Source: Raillietiella orientalis
Lineage: Eukaryota
Direction of reading: 5' to 3'
Length of the DNA stretch: 64,000 bases
NCBI GenBank assembly: GCA_036172245.1
Contig: JAYWIR010000110.1
Location: 1 to 64,000 of the forward strand
Position numbers and translations under genes: made by a program. Positions 51,240 through 63,204 of the stretch are shown here, piece after piece. The notes beneath the pieces were generated by a model that saw nothing but the letters and a program-made list of their open reading frames with translations, did no database searches and had not been told where the DNA came from. How positions within the stretch are numbered: the stretch's first letter is position 1; the number at the start of each line of letters is the position of its first letter.

Positions 51240-52100
51240 ATGATTATTCAAAGAACATTTGCGATGTGAATGGTATTGGTTAGTGTGTCTTTCGTGACTT
51301 TGGTTGAGCGTAAGGTTTTAGGAGGAGTACAATGACGCTAGAGGCCGGGTAAAGTAGGGGTTGGTATTTTTCAGCCTATTGTTGATGGTTCAAAATTGTT
51401 GAATAAGGAACATTTTTATTTAATGGATAGAAATAAAGTTGGTTATAAGTTGGTTTCGTTGATTATGGTGTCAGTGATGGTAGGAATGTGAGTGATTCAT
51501 GCTAGAAGTTGGGGATTAGTGGGGGGAATGATAGGTTTAATGTTGTTTGTGTGTTATTCAACAGGGAAGATATATGGAGTATTAATGGGTGGCTGAGCCA
51601 GTAATAGGAAATATAGTTCTGTTGGTGTGATGCGTTCAGTAGCTCAAATGATTTCTTATGAAGTATGTATGATTGTTGTATTAATGGGTATAGTAGTGTG
51701 TTTGGGTGGATATCAATTAGATGTGGAGTTAGAGGAATGCTTAGTATTTTGTAGGGCGGGTGGATTAATTGTATGTAGTGTTCTATGTTTAGTAGAAGTT
51801 AATCGTTTACCGTATGATTTTTTAGAAAGGGAATCTGAGTTGGTGACTGGTTATAATGCGCAGTACGGTGGTGTATTGTTTGTTTTTTTATTTTTGCCGG
51901 AATATGGATTTATCGTTTATTGAAGGTTGAATACGAGTTGTTTATTTTTAGGAGGTTGTTATATGCTGAGAATCAAAACTTTATTTGTAATGTATGTGAT
52001 TATTTGATTACGAGGGGTATTGCCTCGTTATCGTTATGGTAAGTAGATATATCTGTGTTGGGGTGTTTCATTATATTGTGTGTTTTATTTCTTATTGTGG
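51240..52100 (+). pseudogene. nad1: nad1 NUMT pseudogene, second lineage
   Basis: EVNRLPYDF, WLRGVLPRYRY. Confidence 0.96.
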
Positions 52101-52235
52101 GGAGAGAAAGTAGCGATGGTAAGAATGAGTGGGTATGATTTGATGGTAAGAATGAGGGGGTATGTGATGTCAAGAAGTAGATTGTGAGAATAGTAATTTT
52201 GGGTGTTAAAGAATTATTTCTTGATGAAAGGTTAT

Positions 52236-52291
52236 TGCATTAAATCTATTTTTGATTTAATAAATCAATGTTTTAATTAAACTATGAATGC
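52236..52291 (-). pseudogene. trnT: mt-tRNA-Thr, NUMT copy with mutated anticodon loop
   Basis: Loop TTATTAA instead of TTTGTAA. Confidence 0.6.
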
Positions 52292-52439
52292 TGAAATTAT
52301 TGATAGAGAATAATAGAGAGAGATAATGATTATGTCGCTGATGCTCTTTCTTTATGGGTACTTTGGCTGTTGGGTTTTTTCTAATTCTCGATGTGCAAAG
52401 GATGAAGAATGAGGATTTTGGCAATGGTAATCCTCCCCT

Positions 52440-53730
52440 TGCCAGTTTGCTTACCAGTTGCAGCGCCCCTTGAAGTTGCATGTGAATGACCCGTGATCCA
52501 TGTAGACACAAGTCTTGGTGGGCTTCTAATGACCTCCCCGATGTGGTCTTACGTGAATGTACGTTGGCACTGTGCTTCGACGATGTATTTTCCCTTCACG
52601 CCAATTGCTGCTTTTGCTCATGGTCAGAAGCAGTGAGCCTTGCCGTATGGATAGCTACAGTTGACGCACGTATGCAGGGAACGAGTTTCATGCTGTCCTA
52701 GAGAAAAGCAGTTGCTGATTTGCTGTGGTTCTCGCTTTCTGAAATGGTCATAGCTTACGTGAGGTACTCGAGAATGTCAACAAGAATTGCATACTTCCAA
52801 CACACATTCTTGGTTCCGCTTTTCGCGATTTTGAGACCTGAACTTTTCTGTGCACTTCATTGTATCCTGCATTACCTCGTGTTCGCGAGAAACACACTCG
52901 GATGCATATTCCATCGAGATCAGGCGCTCTTCAGGGATTTGACGTTCCAGTTACAGCAAGCAGCGGATGCTTAATCCACCCTGCAGCAGGCACTTGGTCT
53001 CGAGTATCTCGGGCGTAAATGGCAGCGCTTTAGAATATCTGGAGAAACCAGGTGTTCAGTTGCTGCTCTGCAGGGTTCACTTGCTTCGAGATGCTCATAA
53101 CGTTTACAACGGCCACTGTCTTTCGCATCTTGATGCTTTGTTTTCGTGTGACGAAGGGGTGAAACCTCAGCTTACGTAGACGCTGAAGATGCTGGTGTTC
53201 TCTAGCAAATGTGGAATCTCCCGACGGATTTTGCTTCCAGAAGCACCCAACAATTTGTTGGGTCTCATAGTCGGAAGCGGTCTCTTAGTAAATTGGTTTG
53301 CAGACATGGTCGATTCGAAGTAGATGCTCTGGAAAAGTTGGAACATTCTGTAGAGCTTCCCTATTACGCTGCGATCCGTCATCGCACAAAGGTGTTGTTT
53401 CTGGTCCCTGTAGGTAACCGAACAAAAGGCGCGCTTACAGCAAATCACTTGGGAGTTTTCACACGCAAGAACATGTTGCGAACCAACTCCGCTCTCTGCA
53501 CGTACTTTTGCTGCTGTCCAGATATCCAGCAACCTGGTGCTGAGATGAAGAAGTGTGGAAATAAGGCGCTCCACCGACGCAAAACGCAATCTTTTGGGTG
53601 CATAGAGACAACTCGTCACTTAAGGAAGTCACCACCCGCAATGTTTCATGCAAGTTTCTTCGACATTGGAACACGCTGCTCGCAAACTCTCTATTGGACG
53701 TTAAGGGACTTCTGAAGTGCTTGATGCGCC
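52440..53730 (-). mobile_element. Degenerate piggyBac-type remnant (unit 4, other lineage, N-terminal part deleted)
   Basis: STMSANQFTKRPL...SKIRREIP; RKREPQQISNC...HTCVNCSYPYGKAHC. Confidence 0.63.
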
Positions 53731-54730
53731 TGTAACACTAGATTTTCCGTTCTCTTTTCAATGTGGTTCCGTTTTTAGCTTTCTTTCCTTGTTATTGGAA
53801 AGCCACACTAATCCTAGAGTTTGCCTAATTTGTTCGTTCTTTTCTTCTCCAGTTTTCTTTGTTTCCGTTCGTGAAATGTGCCTCATGAGCCTCTCGCGTG
53901 CCGTAAGGCGCACGTTACTTTTTTGAACACAGTGTTTTGTTACCACGGCTCTCCGTCTAAGGCAAGGGCCGATGTTTTCTACAAGATGGAGCACCCCAGA
54001 AGGAGCTATGGATATGAATCCAGAAAGATCTCGGAGTACGTTCCTCTCTCACCCATGGGGATCTCACCTCCCACCCAAGTTGTCTCCTTTCACTTTCTCT
54101 CCGGAAGCACCCTATTTCCCTAATGAACAGGGAGGTCCACTCGATTTGAAATTGTCTCATTTCAACTTCTTGGAAGGCTCATTTCCCTTGCGTCTGGTGG
54201 TCCTCTCCATTTCAAGTTCTCCGAAGGGAACCCAGAAAGAATCGGCTTGGGAGAATTTCTTCTTCGGAGGGAAAACGCAATGGAAGCGTTTTTGTTCACT
54301 CTTCTGAAATGAACCCCGAAAGCACGCTTCGGAAACTCAGAAGCTGCTCTGAGCTTTCTTGTAGGTAATCGCTCAAGCTTCCTTCCTTGTGTTAATCCCG
54401 CGAGGGCTGCTGCTCCATGTTCCTTCTGCATGGTCTGGAAGGGTACACCGCTGAGGGCGGTCCGCTCCAGCTAACGACTAGGAGAGAAGCCCTTGCGTGT
54501 TCTTGCTCCATGTTCCTCACATTGCACTCTGAAATGTGGCGAAGAATCGGATTTGACCCACGCTAAGTGGTCTGCTGTCCGTTGTACTAGCGGATGGGAA
54601 ACTTCCCACTCCCTGGAATCGTGAAAGGACTCCGAAGTTCGACTGCCATTGTTCCGGCCTTCATGAGGGGTCTCCGGCTTAAACGACCACCGATGCCTCG
54701 CCGGAATATCATCGGACAACCATCGCCATT
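53731..54730 (-). mobile_element. Gypsy-like remnant (unit 4)
   Basis: Paralog; putative LTR 53731-54066, also 336 bp. Confidence 0.45.
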
Positions 54731-55916
54731 GCAGGAGAAACTCGGAACCCAACGACGCAGTTGCGTCATTTGCTGCCATAGTATTCGATCCCGCGACGCA
54801 TCGTGCCACGCGCGGATGCCGTAACCACATAGCCTTTATACTTATCTTTAACAGTAGCGTGCATCCCACTATCTCTCGGAATAAAACGTTAAAACAGTCA
54901 TGAATTTGAATTTGCTTGGTCGTAACGCTGGAAAGGAGGGAACTTTGTGAAGGATTCGCTTCCAATCATTTCACAATTCCTCCATTCAAAAATAAATTCA
55001 AGTGAATTCGGCAACAACACTAATGGTAAAATTGCAAAATTCTGGAATAAGAGTGCAATCGATTCGCAGTGTAAATGCGGTCCCATGCTGCGACGCAACG
55101 AAAACTTCTCGTGGCAACTGCGTAGCTATACCGTACGTCGCGGCATTACAGCAGCCACAAGAGACCCTCATGGAGCGCCTTCTACAACGAGATCCCACAT
55201 ACGCGTTCGCGGTCGCAACGCGGAGGCGGGCGCAGTGCTTCGTTCTCGGCGGCCCACAACTGACTGAGATACAGCGTAAGCGGCTCGTCAGCTGCACGCG
55301 AGCGCGCAGGAGCGGTTCGCTGCCCGCGGAACGCCGGTCGCGCCAACGTTAGCTGCACTCATGTCCAGCAGAACATTGGTCTCGCTGCCGTGACGACACA
55401 CATCATGGCATCGTGGTCCATCATTCCATTGGTGGATCACGGATTCGAAATTTACAGCATTCGAGAAATGCTTTCAGTCGACGACGGACTGCGTTCTCTC
55501 TTGTCTCGCGTACTGTAAGTTGATTGTTCTTGGAACGTTTTGACTGCACGCAAGACGCACCATCAGGCTCTAATATCGACGCAAGCCTCCAGCAGTGAGT
55601 ACCACCGTGCAAGAGGACATCGGCCAGCAGTAGGGAGTGCGCGGCCAGAGGACCGCTGGCCGACCTTGCTCACGGTGAACACCCCTGTGAGCGTTCGGCT
55701 GCGGCTCGCGGCTGCTGATTGTGCCAGAGGGCAGGCCGCGCGCGGGCGAACGCGCTTTCGCGGCCATTCGACCGCGGAAGAAGCCAAGCTTTCCGTGCAA
55801 CGCTGGCGACCTGTGCACGGAAAATCGCCACAACCTTGCCCACCTGTGTGACAGCTGAACGCCCTCCGTGACGCGAAGTGGATTGATGTTTGTCTTTATT
55901 TTTTTTTCTTCCAGGC

Positions 55917-56420
55917 ATGCCGGACAAATCAGCAAATCGCACGCTGCGCAAGCAAACGGGGATCTACCTTCGCCTCCTTATCCAGAACAGACGCTACCTG
56001 CGCTTGTATTTCCTATACCGCACGAAGCTTAACACCATCGTCGAGGTCCCCGAAGAAGAGCAAAGAGCGGAGCTGATAGAGAAACTTCTAGAGGGCTACG
56101 CCGTTCAGGAGGACTTGCATGAGGAGATACCAGCAGTGCAGACGAAGAGGTACCAGGAGCATCTGCAGGAGCACTCAGCAGCACGGAAGCCGGATCAGCA
56201 GCAGCTGCTGTCTGGCGCCATGGACGCGCTCGCGTGCCGGCCGGAGCTCGACCGCAGCGAAGCGGAACGGCGTCCATGCGGACGCCGCTCCACTCAGCAC
56301 GGATCCGCTAACAAGAGTCATGGCTCTCTCTGCATTACTAGTCATCTTTCGCGATGCTGGCGTCGCGTACTTCGTTTTCTGGATGCGGCCTGCATGCTTC
56401 CGAGCGAGAGTGATCCCTGA
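55917..56420 (+). CDS. Orphan protein, B lineage, 167 aa (CGA>TGA trims 10 C-terminal residues)
   Basis: Same acceptor/ATG context; open frame. Confidence 0.58.
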   Translation: MPDKSANRTLRKQTGIYLRLLIQNRRYLRLYFLYRTKLNTIVEVPEEEQRAELIEKLLEGYAVQEDLHEEIPAVQTKRYQEHLQEHSAARKPDQQQLLSGAMDALACRPELDRSEAERRPCGRRSTQHGSANKSHGSLCITSHLSRCWRRVLRFLDAACMLPSESDP

Positions 56421-56694
56421 GGAGACCCCCAACCACATCGCGTTTCATGGGGAGCGAGATGTGGTTTTTTTTAGTTCCCTGTTTACTGCTAGTCTTCCAT
56501 CTCAGGTGAGTACTTCTTCGCCGGGAGCTTCGTTCCCCAGTGGCATTTGTTCCCTTCTTCAGGTTTGTGATTTGGTAGTAGCGGAACAAGCAATGGAATC
56601 GTAATGCTGGCACGAGTGTCGTCCTCTCATCTTGTTCGTCCTCTGTTTGATGAGTCGCCATTTGAGTTTCGTTCGCATTCCCGAATTCTGGAGT

Positions 56695-58620
56695 TCCGTG
56701 AGTTTACGGATATCAAAGCTGCCGGCAAATCTTAAGTGAAATTGATATGTTCATTAATACGCAAATAAACTTCAGGAAGAAACGAGCATGAATATTTATT
56801 AACAACCACATATCAGGAACCCATTCTGTAATTTGCATGGACTTATACGCTACGATTGCTAGCAGATGAAGTTCTGATTGCTGTTTCGGTTGGTTGGGTA
56901 CATTGCAAAACACATAGCAAAAGAAAGATAATATTCACATAGGATTCATAAATTCTGAACAAACGCGTTCACTGTGCGCTTGCGTTACCGAAAGCAGCGT
57001 CATTCACCCAATACTTCGAAAATTTTTTCTACAGTTGGTTCAGACATAAAAAGTCGGAAGACCAAATGACAAGTTTTAGCTCTGCTCGTTCCAGGAGTTT
57101 ACCGTTTCTCTTTTTTGCCGACTGATTCTCCACCATACGGGCATTAACAAAGTCTGTACACATTCGCTGGCTTCATATGCATGCAATTTACATAAACCCA
57201 TATCAACAGCAATACAATTTAATGGAAGCAATGTACACGTAACTTTGATGTTTCTGAACTTCGTATACGTGTACTACATATGCTCTCCATACTACGTGGG
57301 TTGAGAAAATGTAAATTCTTGATTACAGGCACATGGATTGCTAATGAGCTCGAGAGGATTTGCGTCTACGCTGCCTATAGTGGTGTCGTCATGAAAAGCT
57401 TCTCCAATTTCGTAAGCAACACTGCTGCAAGGATGGTGATCCCTCAGAAAACAAGTTCGTTTCTAGAGCAGAGCGCATTAAACCATACCTTGAGGACATC
57501 TCGACTGCAGATCCTCCGCAGCACTGGAAAGCCATTTCTGTGCGATCCGAAAGAGGTATCCAGCTTCCAGTTTTGCCACGCAGCAAAGTGAATTGCCAAA
57601 TCGAGATTTGGTGCGGCAGATGTCAATTTCGTATTTGTTTGCCTTAAGAATAACGATCCGTGGAGTCACACGATACTGTACTCTGCTGACTTCGTGGCTA
57701 GATTCCAGAAGACGGAGGCAATTGGTGGTCAAAGCGGTCATGCTCTTTTTGCCTTGTTACCCACTTTGATGTCACTCCATTGGTCGTGCATACGAGATAG
57801 GAAGCATTCTCTTATTTCAATCCCGATGTAGCCGCTTCTTCTCCTCTTACCTAGCTCTTTTCTCTCTTCCTTGGCAACGACGGGGTGCCCTTGGGGGATC
57901 GTTGGCTTGAAAGTCGCGAAAGTGCTCTTTCCGCGCAGTCTTCCTAACTATGTACTGCGTTCGCGGACAGCTTGCGTGATGAAATCGAGAATGGCGCAGA
58001 GAAAAGTCCTTTTGCGGAAAAAAGTGAGTGAGCAAATCTTTCATTATCCATGCGAGTTACGGAAAATGAGCTACGGATATCAAGATTCTCATTTTCACAA
58101 CATTTTTTTATCGCATAGCTTGAAAATGAAGCAGCCGATTACTTCCAGGAATATAGTGCATACACCATAGGTTTTGTCGTTTGCCTTTTGAAAGCAGTTC
58201 GTCGCTGGGACGTGTTGTATATAGTTTCGCATCAATTGAAGCAAAATCATGGCAAGATGTCTGCCTGTGTTCCTAGATTTACAATCTTTCTAGAAGGTTT
58301 GCAAGGAGACCAAAAACGGTTCTACATACGCGGAGCCAACATGTGGCGAATGTTAAGAAACTTCTTTGGTAGATGATAGTTTTCCAAAGTAGATGAGCGG
58401 ATCAAACCTTTAGTTTGAAATGGTAGAGCTGTACAGCTTCCAACGCGGCCTAGCACGATAAAGAATTTCATCTAAGCAGGAGTCACGTTTTCGGATTGGC
58501 CGTATGCGGAATTATCAGCTCAAACTCTCGAGGAACTCGTGACCGCTAACTTTCGAGAGGAACACCTCCGTTTTCCTGGTTCGCTTGGGGCAAGCGGATC
58601 AAATCCTTCCTCTCTTAACT
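56695..58620 (+). pseudogene. Degenerate Maverick pPolB (unit 5, B lineage)
   Basis: As unit 3. Confidence 0.7.
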
Positions 58621-58835
58621 CTCAACATTGAAGGTTGTTGCCTCCATAACGGCGTCGATAGGAAACTAGACAAACAGCCTGAGCGATGCTTGAATCGAAG
58701 ACAAGCTACTGCTAAGTGGCGGCGGGAATCCTTGAGGTGTTCTTTCTGAACTGAAACTGAAGTGGCACACTTCTTAAAAAACTAATGTTCGCTGGAAATC
58801 CTTATCTTAATTTCCATTCTTGACATGTTTATTTA

Positions 58836-59585
58836 GTGCGTATACCAATAAGAATACCAGAGATTGAGACATTCATTACACTTGACGGAGTATCCAAAAA
58901 TTTTACACTTTCGATTCGTTTGTACAAAAGCATGGAAAAGTCCATTCTCGACACAGGTGAATGTATCCTCAATGCGTCGCTTGTTCTGTGTTCCTTGAAA
59001 GATACTGAAACCAATAGGTTCACACATCTGGAAGCATGGGAATGTCCGTGCGCAAGGGAAACGGTGCACAGCAATAGTTTCCGGTACAGGGAAGAGCTCA
59101 TCTCCGTTTCAGTTTTCCCCGTGGGATACGCAGAGCTCTCAGGAAGAAAAGGAATTAGAAAGGGATCGAAAAGCATGTTAGTTGCGAGGAGAATTGCGGT
59201 CGGGTGGCTACATCGGACCTGTGAGGAAGTGCGGCCAGGCGGCACCGAGATGCCCGAAAACTGCTGCGGTGATGGAAGCGTTGGCTCGCCCGCTCAGAGT
59301 TCCCTGGTGCGCCTTGCAGTGTACACAAAGGTCTCCGTCTGCAGAAGTTTCGCATTTCGGCACGGCACGCCTCGCGCCCGTACTAATCTTAAGAGCCATG
59401 CGAAAGCGGCTGTAGGATGAGTGGCACAGCAATCTCTTCGTTGTTTATTCTCGTTCTTTCGTCCCTACGTTACACAGCGGTTCTCATCGACACGAATCCC
59501 GTTTATCCCAAAGTGTCAACACGTACCGGCAGAGGCCCCAACGCTCTCCACGAATATCTCATGGTGGTATGCCATCTAGAAAGCA
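58836..59585 (+). pseudogene. Degenerate Maverick minor capsid (unit 5, short form)
   Basis: Paralogous to 31361-32105. Confidence 0.45.
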
Positions 59586-59919
59586 CGTCTTCTGCACGGT
59601 TGAATGCTTTCTTTAATGCTCTCTCCGAATCAAATCATTTCTCTCCATCCGTTGTCATCATCGATACTTTCTAATGTCGGTTCTATTTTCTCTAAAATCT
59701 TTGTTGTTCTTTTTTGTGCACATGAGGAACGATCGTCACCGTCGGAGACAGCGCTTTCCGTCGTGATAAAGCAAACGAGGAACAGGTTGGCAGCAGGTTC
59801 GCATCCGACAAAGGAAGAGATTGAAGAGCACACTGTCGTGCTGCATGTGTCAACGCAGATCGCGTCCTTCGAGAATAAGCGTCGATGAGCTACTGTCTTA
59901 CACATCCCTTATCATCATG

Positions 59920-61125
59920 TTGAATGTAATGGAATGGAGTGGATCTCTTGAAAAAGAGTTGACCTCGTGGTTGTTGCGTTTTCGCTGAGATCGTCCGGTT
60001 CCGGCGAGCTTTCAAATGTTCACTTGCATGCACCATCGTCGTTGAACAGCAATGCAAGTCGATCGTCTTCCCTGAAGGTTGGATTAACTCGAGAGGAATG
60101 TCTACTGCTGAACGAATCTCTATCTGATTTTTTTCCTAGATAGTAAAAGCATTTATGGAGACTACATTTTAAATGTGGCCACAACGACACAGCAGATTCA
60201 TATAAATTCATCGATATGCAGATGTCGATCTATGGGGAAGGTTTTCGGCGAGCTACCGTTTGCTGTCACGGAGCACTGACACGCTGCATTCAGGCAGCCA
60301 ATTCATTATTTATTACGAATTTTTTCCCACTTTCGTGCCACCAAGACTGTACTTGATTTTCCGCTGTCGGAGTATCTGCGAGCAATGCCGCGGATTGAGG
60401 TCACTCTTCATGGTCAGATATTCCTTGCCATATGCTGTCCCGACTACGTTTAGATAATGTAGCTTCGGTACATTTCTCCAGAGCAATGCCTCTGCCGGAG
60501 TTTCTGTCTTCCATGGTATTCCAACATCCTTCCGAAAAACGCACGTGTTCGTTCCCAGGAAAGGTGTAACCTCGTGCACTTACGGTCAATTCACAAAGCT
60601 CCACGTTTCGTTTACCATACTGAAGATCAACTCTTGCACGCTCTGCAAAGAAGATATTTTGCTAATTTTGACTTCCAGCAATTGAATTTCGGACTTTCAC
60701 GCAAGCATTTTAAGGTTCTGAAGGGAATTGTGGACTCAAAGGAAATCGGGGAATTCCAATTTCATCCTGTAGAAGGTGAGCAGTCAAAAGTTTGTGATCT
60801 TTATGGTCTAGTAGGCGTTATGCGACGAGACGAGGTATGCTTCCGCAATCATAATAATCACACACAAAGGAAACCTTCATTACACCCTGAAACTCTGCGT
60901 GGTTCAGGGATTTAAAACCACGATACTCCTCACGATTCGAGTACTATCGCTGATTGAGGAGAAGAACAATTTTTTTGCTATTTCTGAACAGAACGCTGCC
61001 AAATCTTCGTTTCGTTTTCTATCCAGGAGATCGGTGTCATCAACTTGGGAGTTATCTATTTCTACTTGTATCCTACGAGATTCAACGTGCGGCAGAAGTC
61101 CATTCACTTCTGGAAGGCAGCGATG
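59920..61125 (+). pseudogene. Degenerate Maverick major capsid protein (unit 5, B/A recombinant)
   Basis: 5' part as unit 3, 3' part as unit 4. Confidence 0.6.
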
Positions 61126-61483
61126 ATACATATGTACATATATATAAATATATATGTACAAATGCAAATGAATATGAATAATTATAATTAACATCATCGT
61201 TATACATACATGTTCTATGTACTGTAAGATAAAAATATTTAAGTACATTAATTATTCATTATAATAAAATATTAATTTTATACCTGACATATAATGTAAT
61301 AGTTATATTAAATTTTCAGAGTACAAAGAACATTCTTTGATTTATAATTAACTCCAAATGTTTTATATAACAATTATTTATTGTTATTATTATAAAATAT
61401 ATTATCCTCAGTTAGTATGAAAAAACTAATTCCCAAAATATTTTTAATTTAAAAAAAAATGAATTCAGATTCATTTTTCATAA

Positions 61484-61536
61484 AAAGAAATAGTTTAATG
61501 AATATTTTGTTTACATCAAAAAGGAAAATTCCTTTA
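61484..61536 (+). tRNA. trnV: mt-tRNA-Val, NUMT copy
   Basis: Paralog of 7485-7537. Confidence 0.7.
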
Positions 61537-61559
61537 TTTATACTAATATGACAGAAATT

Positions 61560-62268
61560 AAATTTGGGATTGAATTATGCTTTACGTTAAAGGCTATTAG
61601 TAATAATTTTTGCATGAGGTTTAGTGTTAATTGGAATAATAAGGTATGTATAAATTTTAAAAGCAGATACATAGTATTTAATTCTAATTCTAAAAGGGAT
61701 TTGAATTAGTAATGATTTAATGTTTTATGAATATGCGTGCCAGCAATAGCGGTTAAACGTGAAAGTTAAATTAACATTAATGTTTTATTAATTTAATATG
61801 AGAACTTTTGGTTCGATAGGAGGTTATTGGTTTTTAATAAGCTATTATAAATAAAATAGAATTAGATACTCTAATATAAATGCTGGATATTAAAAAATAA
61901 AGGGAAGGGGACTTATATGAATTGGTGGTAATGAGAATTATCAGAGGAGTTTGCTTAGTAAACGGTAATCCGCGAGGAACTTACTTTTTATAGTGTTTGT
62001 ATATCGTTGATTCGTTTATTTAAGAGTAATTAATTTTCTAAATAGATTGTAATTAAGAGTGCTAATCAAGATGCAGTATAAAAAAGAATGATTTGTGTAC
62101 TACGTTATCTTAAATTTGGATGTGTTGAATTGAAATAGGATTTAATTGTAAATTTGTTTAAGAAGAGCAAGTTGAATTTAACAATCATTAAATTCAAATC
62201 GCCCGTCGCTCTGATATAATATTAGATAAGTCGTAATATAGTAGATGTACCGGAAGGTGTATCTAGGC
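61560..62268 (+). rRNA. rrnS: Mitochondrial 12S rRNA, NUMT pseudogene
   Basis: Same conserved motifs. Confidence 0.92.
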
Positions 62269-62274
62269 AAATGG

Positions 62275-63105
62275 GTAATTTACTAGTAGAAGTAACGATT
62301 GGCTTGAAGTTGATAATTATTTAAAATTTGGTTAAGTTTGAGTATGAGATTATTAGTAAGAAATTTTATTTTATAATGATAGTGAAAAGTACTGAATACG
62401 ACAGTCAATTAATAGTGATAAAGTATTAAAATTAATTCCCTTTTGTATCAGAGTGGAATCAATTGAAAATTTATATTTAATGTTTGAATGTTAATGAGTT
62501 AAATAAAATGATTGTTGTATGTAACAAAATATAGCGGAATTTTATTTAGGGGTGATATGCTGACAAATTAATAGTTCTAATTATTAGTAAGTAAAAATTG
62601 GGGATAAACTTAATTTATTTATAAATATAATAACAGGTATAAATTAGGAGCATTGAAGTAGCTATTACAAAGTTTTAATACTAAGTTAATGTTGATTTTT
62701 AAAGTATTATGGTAATCTAATGTAATTAAAAATAATTTATGTGAAATAATGTTTCAATTACTAACATCTTAGGTAAGATTAAATTGTGAAGTGGGAATAT
62801 TATAAGGAATTATTCAAAAATTTGTTTCAACTATTTCTTAAAAACATTTCCTTATGAATAATGTAAGGTATAATCTGCCCGGTATATAATAAACAGCTGC
62901 AGTATATTGACTGTACTAAGGTAGCATACTACTTAGTTATTTCATTGATAACCTGAATGAAAGATTGTATTAAGCAAGACTGTCTTAAATCCTACATGAT
63001 TTGAGTTTAGATCGGCGTAAGCCTGATTGGTTTAAATCTTTAAATTACGATGTATTTACTTAGTACGAAAGGATTGGAAAGTTAAAATATTTTATGGGTG
63101 AAGAA
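62275..63105 (+). rRNA. rrnL: Mitochondrial 16S rRNA, NUMT pseudogene with most of domain V deleted
   Basis: Same deletion as copy 4. Confidence 0.9.
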
Positions 63106-63204
63106 AAATTTTAATATCCATGATTTAAAGAATTCTTTGAGTAGTTAGAGTTTCTTAATATTAATGTTTGGAAAGATCAGATGTTTTGAAAGTTGAACGT
63201 GTTA

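Larger units (their letters stand above)
49160..52435 (+). other. NUMT copy 4, with ~340-bp 16S deletion
   Basis: AAGACTGTCTT joined to AAATCCTAC at ~51021. Confidence 0.95.
44808..56920. repeat. Tandem composite unit 4: A-type Maverick relic, no LINE, 16S-deleted NUMT, B-type right half
   Basis: Near-identical to unit 2 over the left ~5 kb; deletions at ~51021 and ~53727. Confidence 0.95.

Noticed and set aside
52967..53179. MULE-like CxxH in LLCRVHLLRD on + strand
   Set aside because: Isolated match; the opposite strand gives several ordered piggyBac motifs
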